64,000 nucleotides of DNA from assembly GCA_963715255.1 (NCBI GenBank), contig CAVQRN010000002.1, forward strand, positions 49,185-113,184, written 5' to 3'. Position numbers and translations under genes: made by a program. Shown here piece by piece: positions 1-10,296 of this stretch (positions within the stretch are counted from its first letter, which is position 1; the number at the start of each line of letters is the position of its first letter). Below the pieces are notes generated by a model. That model made no database searches. It was given only the letters and a program-made list of their open reading frames with translations, and was not told the DNA's origin. Origin of the DNA: an uncultured Actinomycetota bacterium (GTDB lineage Bacteria; Actinomycetota; Acidimicrobiia; Spongiisociales; UBA5794).

Positions 1-1299
<1,299 letters not shown>

Positions 1300-1305
1300 G
1301 GAGGT

Positions 1306-1704
1306 TTGACTATGACAAGGAAAATCGTTGGCTATTTCGGAGGGACCGACTCGACGCTGTTGACCGATCTCGTCTGTGATCACTATGACACGGTGCCGAT
1401 TTCGAACGGGTTCGACAACCATGGCATGAACGTACGGATCATCAACAACGAAAACCGGGTCGACGTCCTGATCGGATACGTCCACAAGATCTTCGCCCCG
1501 GCGGACAGTGTGCAGCCCGGGGGTGTCACCTACGAGGACATCTTCCACGTCTGCCGCACCTTCAACATCCCGCTGCTCCTCGAAGTCCACAACGGACTCC
1601 ATGAGAAGGCGAGGAGCCTGTTCAACAACATCCCGGATGTCGTGCAGTTCATCGATCCGAGCGACATGCTCGGAGCCGTACGGGAGGTCCTGAAGACCGA
1701 GTAG
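1306..1704 (+). CDS. hypothetical protein (132 aa)
   Basis: Clean ORF with coding-like third-position GC bias, 6 bp after the gdhA stop. I recognise no family. The C-terminal segment NIPLLLEVHNGLHEKARSLF weakly resembles a TIM-barrel (trp-type) strand. Confidence 0.4.
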   Translation: MTMTRKIVGYFGGTDSTLLTDLVCDHYDTVPISNGFDNHGMNVRIINNENRVDVLIGYVHKIFAPADSVQPGGVTYEDIFHVCRTFNIPLLLEVHNGLHEKARSLFNNIPDVVQFIDPSDMLGAVREVLKTE

Positions 1705-1826
1705 GTGACGCTTCGGCGTTCTCGACAGTTGAGAGAGGGGACGCCCAATAGCTCCCAAGGAATGGACCGTGCACAACCCGAGCGTTGACCGTCGCGTCAT
1801 CGTCACATAGCAAGGAGCCCCCAAAC

Positions 1827-3020
1827 ATGCGCATCGCCAATCGGATCGCCAACCTCGGAACCGAAACTGCCTTCGCGGTATCGGGCGAGGCCGCCGCATT
1901 CGCTGCCGAGGGGAATCGGGTCTACCCGTTCCACCTCGGCGACATCAACCTCCCAACCCCGTCGACCGTGGTCGAAGGAGCAACAAAGGCCATCGCAGAC
2001 GGCAAGACGGGCTACTGCCCGAACGCGGGGATCCCGCAGCTGCGCGAGGCGCTCGCTGCCGACGTCGCCGCGTCCCACAACACCGACTACACGGCTGAGA
2101 ACGTGGTCATGCAGCCCGGGGGGAAACCCACGATCGGCAAGTTCATCCTGACCATGATGAACCCGGGCGACGAAGTGCTCTATCCGAACCCCGGCTACCC
2201 GATCTACGAGTCCCAGATCGAGTTCAACGGCGGAGTCGCCGTCCCGTACGGGTACGTCGAAGGCACCGAGAACTTCGAGTTCGACTTCGACTCTATCGAG
2301 CGCGGTATCACCGACAAGACCCGCCTGTTGATCCTCAACGATCTCCAGAACCCGATGGGTGCCGAATGCTCGATCGAGGAGCATGAGAAACTCGCTGAAT
2401 TGGTCCGCAACCACAACCTGTATGTGCTCGCCGACGAGGCGTATTTCGACATGCGTTACTCGGGGAAGAGCACGTCGTTCGTCGAACAGCCGGGAATGGC
2501 AGAGCGCACCGTCGTGCTCTACACCTTCTCGAAGAAGTTCGCGATGACCGGATGGCGTCTGGGTGCGAGCATCGGTCCGAAAGAGATCGTCGATGTGATC
2601 GCCAAGATCAACGTCAACGACGAATCCTGCTCGAATCACTTCATCCAGTACGGCGCTCTCGCCGGACTCGAGGGTGACCAGAGTGAACCCCAGGCGATCC
2701 TCAACACACTCGAAGCACGGAGAGACGCAACCGCCAAAGGTCTGAACGCCATCGACGGGATCCACACCTTCACGCCGAACGCCACCTTCTACCTGTTCCC
2801 GAACGTCACCGAGTTGATGGCTCGCAAGGGCATGAGCAACTACGAGGAGTTCCGTCGCGCAGCACTCCACGCGACCGGGGTGTCGTTCACGTCACGGATC
2901 CACTTCGGCCGCGAACTCGAAGGCGAGCAGAACAAGTACATCCGTCTCGCCTACTCCGGTATCAACATCCCAGACATCGAAGAAGGCCTTGGTCTGCTGA
3001 AGGACTGGGCAGAGGCTTAG
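1827..3020 (+). CDS. PLP-dependent class I/II aminotransferase (aspartate aminotransferase-like)
   Basis: AAGGAG RBS upstream of the ATG at 1827. PLP-lysine motif SKKFAMTGWRLG. Typical N-terminal MRIANRIANLGTETAF. Confidence 0.85.
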   Translation: MRIANRIANLGTETAFAVSGEAAAFAAEGNRVYPFHLGDINLPTPSTVVEGATKAIADGKTGYCPNAGIPQLREALAADVAASHNTDYTAENVVMQPGGKPTIGKFILTMMNPGDEVLYPNPGYPIYESQIEFNGGVAVPYGYVEGTENFEFDFDSIERGITDKTRLLILNDLQNPMGAECSIEEHEKLAELVRNHNLYVLADEAYFDMRYSGKSTSFVEQPGMAERTVVLYTFSKKFAMTGWRLGASIGPKEIVDVIAKINVNDESCSNHFIQYGALAGLEGDQSEPQAILNTLEARRDATAKGLNAIDGIHTFTPNATFYLFPNVTELMARKGMSNYEEFRRAALHATGVSFTSRIHFGRELEGEQNKYIRLAYSGINIPDIEEGLGLLKDWAEA

Positions 3021-3021
3021 A

Positions 3022-3150
3022 AGTAGCTGAGTAGCTGAGTAACTGAGTAACCGAGTAGCTGAGCAACCGAGTAGCTGGGTTGCCGAGGAAGGTCGGGAAG
3101 CCTTCATTCTCCGCTACCCGGCTACTCGGCTACTCCGCTACCGGATTGCC
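3022..3150. repeat. tandem octamer repeat (GAGTAGCT/GAGTAACT/CGAGTAGC) followed by inverted copies (GCTACTCGGCTACTCCGCTACC); hairpin-forming intergenic element between convergent genes
   Basis: Direct copies lie at 3022-3080 and inverted copies at 3108-3148. The same family recurs at least 8 more times in the window. Confidence 0.8.
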
Positions 3151-3153
3151 GCG

Positions 3154-5404
3154 CTACCCAGCGAGAGCACTCAGATAGGCCTTGATCCGCCTCAGCTGTC
3201 CTTCACCGTCGAGCCCTGCTTCATGGACGACCATGTCGCCGGTGCCGGACCCGAGGTAGTGGCCCTTCTCGAAGGGATACATCGTGTGGGCGCGTCCCAG
3301 CTCGCTGTGAATCCACCGATACATGGTCGGCAGCGTGAACCCGGTGATACCCATCGCCTGCTGGGCCGATGCCTCCGGGAAGATCGCCCGTTGCTCGGCG
3401 ATCGAGAGTCTGTCGAACAGTTCGGCGGACGTGACCAGATAGACATCGAGGTCGATCCCCGCCTCTGCCAGCAGCGGCAAGGTCTGATCGACGAAGGCGT
3501 AGGCCACCGCAGAGCCCTGCAGTACCACGGCGGCGTCGGCCGTGCCGGCAGCAGCGCGGCAGCTTGTAGAACCCCTGCGCCGCCATGCCGGCGGCTGCCA
3601 ACCCGAGCGCATCGCGATCGGGAATCGTCTCGCCGGGACGGGTGACGAACGGGGCGATCAGCGCCGGACGGGCCTGGAATGCCGCTGCCACGAGCGGCCA
3701 CATCTCTGCCGGTTCCCAAGGCGTCAGGGTGATGCCCGTGCCCGGTACGAAATTCTCCTGCAACACCTGAAGCGCCTGCGGATCCGCGTGGGTGGGACCG
3801 TCCTCACCGGTCTTCACGCCCGCATGTGCACAGACGAGCACGAACGGCCGGTACGGACCCGGTTCGGTCTCCTGTCGCGCCTGGTTGCCGATCGCGTGGA
3901 GCCGCGCCGGGATGTGTCCCAACGGTGCGAGGAAAGCGGCATACGACGCCACGGCTCCCACATGGATGCCGAAGGCCGATGCTCCGGAGAGCACACACGA
4001 CAGTCCGTCCTCACAGATGCCTCCGACGGACAACGACCGTGCTTCCGGATTGGCCGTCCGATGGTAGAAGCCATCGGGGAATCCTGCCCCTACGTCTGAG
4101 ATCGCCGTCGACCCCAGCAAGTCGGCGGCCCCGATGAGGATCGCCCCGTCGGATTCCCGATTCAGATATCCCAGAACCCTGCCCAGTGCCTGTCGCAGCG
4201 CCAGCTTGTCACCTGGCTCCAACGCAAGTTCGCCCGGCACCGTCGCCGGATCCGCCGCCGCGAATATCCGTTCCACGTCCGGAACCCCGTCGCGGAGCTT
4301 CCTCCCCCGGGTCTCGAGACGATCCTTCGCGCGTGCGATACGGTCGGCCATGGCGGCCGTCATCTCATCGGACTCCAGCAGTGTTCGATACCGTTCCAGT
4401 GCGGCCCACTGCGCCGCTTCGACGGCGACCTCATCCGACGGGTCCGGCCTCTCCCAAGTATCGACGTCGTCACCGAACACGGGCCGCTGGGTGTCGAAGA
4501 ACTCCGGGCTGCACATGGCATGACCGCCACCGTGCGACTTCTTGCCCTCGATGCCGTACTGCCACCCCTTCGTCGTGCGATACACGATCGCGGTGGGCTG
4601 CCCGTTGTCCATCTCGGTCGCCATCCGCTGGGCGGTGAGCACCAACGCGAAGTCGAATCCGTCCGGGACGTAGATCACATTCCAGTCGTGCAGATAGAAC
4701 AACTCCTTCGGATCCCACTGCACGTAGTCGCCGGGTCGGTCGCCCTCGCGAGTCACCGCGTCCGAATCGATCGAGGACTGGTTCCAGTCGACATGCATCA
4801 CCGCATTCGACAGGCCCGCTGTGCCGGCGAACGCCACCGCCTCAACGACCCGCCCCGGAGTCAGCCCACCTTCGCCCTCGATCAGATGCACCCGGGGCGC
4901 GTCGGTGCCGTAGGCGTCGGCAGCCGCCACCGCCAGGCCGAGCGACGATCCAACCCCGATTCCCGATGCACCGGTTGACAGTTTCACGAAGGGCGTCGCA
5001 GGAGTCGGATGCCCATCCAGCGCTTTCGAGCCGAATCGCCGGAACAGAGGGGCCTGCCGGGCCGGATTGCGACGGAACCCGAGCAGATCCTCGAAGCGCA
5101 GCCGTAGATTCGCTTCGTCGGGTAGGAGTTCAGGCCGGGCGATTCGAGCGATCTCGTCGCGCAGGGCGAACATCGCGTACAGACCGAGCGCCTTGTGCCC
5201 GGCCGAGTACGAGATCAAGTCCTGATCCGTGCGGTTCGGATCGCCGATGTCGTAGTCCATGTCGTCGAACAACAACCCCGCCACGATGTGGCCAGACGAC
5301 ACCGAACCACCCGGGTGCCCGGACTGGGCGTAGTTGAACAGCACCGCACACAGCCCTCGGTACACATCGTCAAACCGCTTCAAGGCCGCCAGATCGTCCG
5401 GCAT
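3154..5404 (-). CDS. tkt: transketolase; apparent single-base frameshift near 3560-3600
   Basis: N-terminal SGHPGG TPP-binding motif about 25 aa after the start at 5404. The C-terminal third (VLQGSAVAYAFVDQ...) continues in a different frame (ORF 3154..3612). The upstream frame degenerates into R/G-rich junk after GFYKLP. Confidence 0.75.
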
Positions 5405-6098
5405 CGCTTCCGCCGGCTCTGACACCTCCACCCATGTTGCTCGTCGCGGTCCAAACGCTGGATTCGTGATCACTTCAACTCCTCAACTTGCTCGTTCGAT
5501 GGCGGTGCGCACTCGCCTCCTGGCGGTCTGTCCGATGCACTTCAGACAGCCTACTTGCTCGCCCGATGGTCGATTCCACGGACAGGTGCAGGGGGTCGGC
5601 CAACGTGTCCCATCCCCTAGTCCCGGACTTCCAAGCCTCCAGCTTCCTGCTCTGAGCCATGACGGGCGTCCTTGCCTCATCGCCATGATTCAGGCGCCCA
5701 GAGCCCCCCGGCCCTTCGGGCCACCTCCCCCATAGGCTCAATCCACGGTTGGTGACGTGGGAGAGACCACCCTTCTCCTGTCCCCCCGCCGGAACGGCCG
5801 AGGGACGCGAGGAGCTTGCGACGAGCAGGGGGCCACCAGCGAGTTCACACAAGCGCACTCGCATCCGATAGTGACGAGGCCAACACGGGCCCCCTCTGGC
5901 CTGCCGCCCATCTCCCCAACTGCGTGGAGGAGCGTGTCAGAAAGTCCCGTTCACCCCTTCACCCGGATCGTGACCATCGGCAACGTCTCGAATCCCGGCC
6001 CCACCATGAGACCCCGGCTGAGGCGGAGGAAGAGGCGCCGCCGGCGACCGGAAGCTGGCAACTGGAAGTGGTAGCCGGAATCCGGCTCGTCTCGTGAC

Positions 6099-6686
6099 TC
6101 AAGACTCTCGCAGCAACTCCTCATAGCCCTCAGGCGTGTTCACGTCGAGGGGAGCTTCGCCGGCAACCGGCAGCCTTACGACCCGGTCGTCGCTCGACTC
6201 GATCAGCATTCGACCGAGCACCTTTGCCCCCGTCATCTCCTTCATGGACTCGACGGACGCGCGTGACAAGAGGAACGGATGGGCGACCCGATCGCTGTAC
6301 TCGGTCACACCTGCCCACGGCTTCTCCTCTGCCCAGAGATCGATCATCGAATCGATCGCCTCGGTACGGATCGTCGGCAGGTCGCCCGGTACGAGGACGA
6401 AGGCTTCGGCCTCTCCATCAGTAGCAGTCGCTGTCAACAACGATGACATGTTCCCACGGCGGTAGTCCGGATTTCGTGCGATCGTCGCCCGCCGAGCTTC
6501 CATGGAAGCTTCGATCATTTCTGCTTTGAATCCGACGACAACGATCACCCGGTCAGCGACGCTCGCCTCGACTGCCGCGATCGTCGCGTCGAGCACCGTC
6601 GATCCCCGGTACGGCAGCAGAAGCTTCGGCTGTCCCATCCGCTCGGAGGCTCCTGCGGCGAGAACGATCCCGGTGACCGATGCCAT
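6099..6686 (-). CDS. mocA: MobA-like NTP transferase, probable molybdenum cofactor cytidylyltransferase
   Basis: N-terminal LAAGASERMG nucleotidyltransferase motif. Lies 4 bp downstream of the Mo-binding subunit gene. Confidence 0.75.
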   Translation of the reverse strand: MASVTGIVLAAGASERMGQPKLLLPYRGSTVLDATIAAVEASVADRVIVVVGFKAEMIEASMEARRATIARNPDYRRGNMSSLLTATATDGEAEAFVLVPGDLPTIRTEAIDSMIDLWAEEKPWAGVTEYSDRVAHPFLLSRASVESMKEMTGAKVLGRMLIESSDDRVVRLPVAGEAPLDVNTPEGYEELLRES

Positions 6687-6689
6687 CGC

Positions 6690-8912
6690 TCAGATCCCGA
6701 TGATGTCCTCGGGGAGCACGGGGACCCTCGTCAGGTCTCTCCCCGTCGCAGCACGAATCGCCGCGATGATCGCAGGCGTCGAACTGATGGTGGGAGATTC
6801 CCCGATCCCTTTCGCACCGAACGGACCCCAGTGGTCGCCCTCTTCGATGATCCGGGTCTCAACGTCCGGGGCATCAAGGAAGGTTGGAATCAAGTAGTCC
6901 GTGAAGGTGGGGTTCCGGATGACACCCCCGTCGACGACCAGTTGCTCCATCACGGCGAGGCCCATGCCCTGCATAATGCCGCCCTCGAGTTGTCCAGTGA
7001 TCGCCTGGGGATTGAGCGCCTTGCCGACATCCTGAGCCGTATCGACTCGAACGACACGCACCAGGCCAAGCTCCGCATCGACATCCACGACCGCCCGGTG
7101 GGCGGCGACGACGAAGCCGGCGTGAACATCACCCTGGCCATTCTCATCCGGCGGATACGTTGCTGGATGCCGAAACTGCACGTGTTGCTCGACGGGTCCA
7201 TCGGCGCAGACCTCGGTGATGCTTGCGACGAGCTCGCCGTCGCGATAGACGCCGTCGTCACGCAGCTCATCACCATCGTGTTTGGCGAGGATCTGATCTC
7301 GGAGCCCAACGGCTGCGGCATGCACCGCACCGCCGGTCATCTGTGTCTGGCGGGACGCCGAAGTTGATCCGGCCGATCCGATCTGCGACGTGTCATCCCA
7401 CACGACGGCGACACGATCGGTGCCGAGAATCGTCCTGGCGATCTGCTGGCACACTGTCACGAGTCCCTGTCCGACTTCCATGGCAGCGGTGTGCACCTCG
7501 ACGCCTGCCGTGGTCATCACGGCCCGGGCCTCGGCGAAGTCGTCAAAGCCTTCGGAGAAGGCGAGGTTCTTGAGCCCGACGGCGTACCCGATGCCCCGCA
7601 CGACCGAAGACGACGGAGTAGTCAAACCGGTCCCGCCTGGGAGCAGCCGCGGATCGTCACTGTGAAGCGGTTCCGGCAGCGGAATCGCTTCGACCGCGTC
7701 GATCACGGCAACCGTGGGGAGCGAGCCTTGGATGATCTGCCCGGAGGTTGCGATGCGATCACCGGGAGCGAGCGCGTTGCGTCGCCGAAGATCGAGCGGA
7801 TCCATGTCGAGCGCCTCGGCGAGGCGATCCATCTGCATCTCGGATCCGAAACACGTCTGCACCGCCCCGAAGCCGCGCATCGCTCCGCACGGCGGATTGT
7901 TGGTTCTGGCGGCGATCGCATCAACCACGACGTTGTCACACCGGTATGCACCGACGGTGAAGAACGCCGCGTTGGCCAGTACCGCCCGGCTGGTGTGGGC
8001 ATACGCTCCACCGTCGAAGATGAGGCGTGCCGTGACCTTGACCAGGTTCCCGTCTTCGTCTGCCTCGTGGCGATACCACATGCGCGACGGGTGACGCTTC
8101 ACGTGACCCACAAACGATTCGGAACGGTCGTACACCATCTTCACCGGACGCCCCGTAGCCAGCGAGAGCATGGCGACGTGGATGTGGAGCGAGATGTCCT
8201 CTCGGGATCCGAATGCGCCGCCGATGCCGGCAGGGTGGCAACGAATCTGGTCCGGCTCCATGTCGAGGCAGGCGATGATCTGTCGGTGGTCGACGTGAAT
8301 CCACTGGCTTGTGATGTACAGATCGAGGCCGCCCTCCCCGTCGGGGATGGCGAAGCCTGCTTCCGGTCCGAGAGGAGCCTGATCCTGGGTAGCGGTCTCG
8401 TAGAACCCTTCGACAACGACCGATCCGACCGCTGCCTCATCACCGCGCCGGACCTTCATCTCCCTGAACGTGAATCCTTCGTCGGCGGCCTTGTCCGGGT
8501 CGACAACGGGCTCCAGCGGCTCCCACTCGACCACGATCGCAGCAGCGGCACGTCTGGCCGTCTCCTCGTCCTCGGCGGCCACGACGGCAACCGGTTCGCC
8601 CCAATACCGGGCGATGCCGTCGCAGAGCACGGGCTGATCCTGCTCCTCCTGTCCGAACAGCGGTTCGCCCGGTACGTCGTCCTGTGTCAGGACCGCTCGA
8701 ACGCCGGAGATAGCCAGCGCAGGAGCGATGTCGAGCTTCAGGAGCCGGGCGTGGGCGTGGGGGCTTCGCAGTGTGGCGCCCCACAACATGTCCTCCGACG
8801 AGAGATCGGACGCATACGCGAAGCTCCCGATGACCTTCGGCTTGCCATCGGGTCGGCGCACGCTCGTTCCGATGCCGCCGACAATCCGGGGTTTGGTGCG
8901 TGTTGTCATGAT
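6690..8912 (-). CDS. xanthine dehydrogenase/aerobic CO dehydrogenase family molybdopterin-binding large subunit
   Basis: About 740 aa with the aldehyde oxidase/xanthine dehydrogenase a/b hammerhead and Mo-binding regions (PRIVGGIGTSVRRPDG, FGAKGIGESP). The start MTTRTKP at 8912 overlaps the small-subunit stop by ATGA. Confidence 0.9.
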   Translation of the reverse strand: MMTTRTKPRIVGGIGTSVRRPDGKPKVIGSFAYASDLSSEDMLWGATLRSPHAHARLLKLDIAPALAISGVRAVLTQDDVPGEPLFGQEEQDQPVLCDGIARYWGEPVAVVAAEDEETARRAAAAIVVEWEPLEPVVDPDKAADEGFTFREMKVRRGDEAAVGSVVVEGFYETATQDQAPLGPEAGFAIPDGEGGLDLYITSQWIHVDHRQIIACLDMEPDQIRCHPAGIGGAFGSREDISLHIHVAMLSLATGRPVKMVYDRSESFVGHVKRHPSRMWYRHEADEDGNLVKVTARLIFDGGAYAHTSRAVLANAAFFTVGAYRCDNVVVDAIAARTNNPPCGAMRGFGAVQTCFGSEMQMDRLAEALDMDPLDLRRRNALAPGDRIATSGQIIQGSLPTVAVIDAVEAIPLPEPLHSDDPRLLPGGTGLTTPSSSVVRGIGYAVGLKNLAFSEGFDDFAEARAVMTTAGVEVHTAAMEVGQGLVTVCQQIARTILGTDRVAVVWDDTSQIGSAGSTSASRQTQMTGGAVHAAAVGLRDQILAKHDGDELRDDGVYRDGELVASITEVCADGPVEQHVQFRHPATYPPDENGQGDVHAGFVVAAHRAVVDVDAELGLVRVVRVDTAQDVGKALNPQAITGQLEGGIMQGMGLAVMEQLVVDGGVIRNPTFTDYLIPTFLDAPDVETRIIEEGDHWGPFGAKGIGESPTISSTPAIIAAIRAATGRDLTRVPVLPEDIIGI

Positions 8913-9367
8913 CCCTCCCCGGTCACGGTCTCGAAGGCGCGCAGAATGGCTCCATACCCGGTGCAACGGCAGATGTTGCCCGAGAGCGCCTCCCTGATCT
9001 CGGGCTCGGTCGGGTGCGGATTGACCTCGAGCAGATGGGAGCCGGCGACGACGAAGCCGGGAGTGCAGAAACCGCACTGGACAGCGCCTTCGGCCAGCAT
9101 CGCCTCTTGAACGGGGTGAAGTTCGGTGTCGGAGGAGAGCCCTTCGACGGTGGTCACCGTTGACCCGTCGGCGTCCGCTGCCATCACGAGGCAAGAGCAG
9201 AGGGATTCGCCGTCGAAGATGACCGTGCAGGATCCGCACTCGCCTTGTTCACAGGCATCCTTCGTCCCGGGAAGGTCGAGATCGTTCCGGAGGGCGTGCA
9301 GCAGGCTCTCGTGTCCTGCCACGTCGACAACTCGGTCCTTGCCGTTGACGGTGATCGTGACGTTCAT
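8906..9367 (-). CDS. (2Fe-2S)-binding small subunit of the molybdenum hydroxylase
   Basis: Both cluster motifs are intact: CEQGECGSC...C and QCGFCTPG...CRCTGY. 153 aa. Confidence 0.9.
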   Translation of the reverse strand: MNVTITVNGKDRVVDVAGHESLLHALRNDLDLPGTKDACEQGECGSCTVIFDGESLCSCLVMAADADGSTVTTVEGLSSDTELHPVQEAMLAEGAVQCGFCTPGFVVAGSHLLEVNPHPTEPEIREALSGNICRCTGYGAILRAFETVTGEGS

Positions 9368-10164
9368 AGGAGACTCCGTTCCACGAGCCGTCTTGCCAGC
9401 ACACCAGAGGCGTGTCTCCGATAGGCCTCCGTCGATCGATGGTCGGTGATCGGCCGAACTTCGTCGGAGACGATACGGGCGAACTCTGCGAGAACGGATT
9501 CCGAGATTGTCGACTCGGCATTGATCATCTCTTCGGCCCGGGTGGCGCGCATCGGCGTTGTGGCGACCGATCCGAGCGCGACGCGGATACCGTCGTCGCC
9601 GCGGATGACCACGCAACTGACAGTCGAGATCACCATGGCGTTCCGGGCCCCCACCTTCGCGAACTCCTGTGCGCTTGACACGTCTTCGGGTACCACGACG
9701 GCGGTGATGATTTCGTCGGCCGCCAATGAGGTCCGCTTCACACCCGTGAAGAACTCGTTCCACGGGATTGTCCTGGTTCCGCGTTCCTTGGATCGGACTT
9801 CGATCGAAGCATCTGCGGCAGCGATCCACGGCAATCCGTCACCGGCCGGACTCGCCGTGCCGACGTTCCCTCCGATGGTTCCTGCGGCACGGATCTGGGG
9901 TGAGCCGACGGTTCTCGCTGCCTGAGCGAGGCCTCGATGACGGTCCCGTTCAAGTCGGGCCCAGGTGACACCGGCGCCGATGCGCGTTGGTGTCACCTCC
10001 CGGAGTTCTTCGACCCGTCTCAAGGAGAGAATTCGGGACGGTCGGTGGTGTGCAAGGTTGACCTCAACCATGAGGTCGGTTCCTCCGGCGAGGAGCTGCG
10101 CATCCGGCTGCTGAGCCTTCACTGCGAGCGCTTCGTCGAGGTCGTGGGCAGCAACGAATTCCAT
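9364..10164 (-). CDS. FAD-binding medium subunit (CoxM/XdhB-like) of the molybdenum hydroxylase
   Basis: LLAGGTDLMVEVN FAD-binding motif, CO dehydrogenase flavoprotein C-terminal region, translationally coupled to the small subunit. Confidence 0.85.
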   Translation of the reverse strand: MEFVAAHDLDEALAVKAQQPDAQLLAGGTDLMVEVNLAHHRPSRILSLRRVEELREVTPTRIGAGVTWARLERDRHRGLAQAARTVGSPQIRAAGTIGGNVGTASPAGDGLPWIAAADASIEVRSKERGTRTIPWNEFFTGVKRTSLAADEIITAVVVPEDVSSAQEFAKVGARNAMVISTVSCVVIRGDDGIRVALGSVATTPMRATRAEEMINAESTISESVLAEFARIVSDEVRPITDHRSTEAYRRHASGVLARRLVERSLL

Positions 10165-10229
10165 GGACCCAACTTAGTCGATTGAACCCTGCCGGTCGGT
10201 ATGAGGCCGCCACTTCTCCCCTGACAAGA

Positions 10230-10296
10230 TCGAGCTACGAGCTGCCGGCTACCGGCAGTCCCCACTCAGCTACTCAGCTACTCAGCTACTCAACCG
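10230..10296. repeat. octamer repeat array (GAGCTAC x2, CTACTCAG x3 plus a small palindrome CCGGCTACCGGCAG)
   Basis: The last repeat unit provides the TGA stop of the amidohydrolase gene. Confidence 0.75.

Noticed and set aside
5475-5760. Possible RNase P RNA (rnpB) on the minus strand, suggested by GGAAGUCCGGG and GAGUGCGCACCGCC-like blocks
   Set aside because: The conserved blocks are in the wrong order and spacing. An intact 350-400 nt rnpB would have to run into the transketolase coding start. Kept only as an unexplained non-coding region.
8913-9239. N-terminal 110-aa extension of the 849-aa ORF for the Mo-binding subunit
   Set aside because: The extension overlaps the authentic small-subunit gene in another frame and is Arg-rich junk. 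The real start is MTTRTKP at 8912, with an ATGA overlap.
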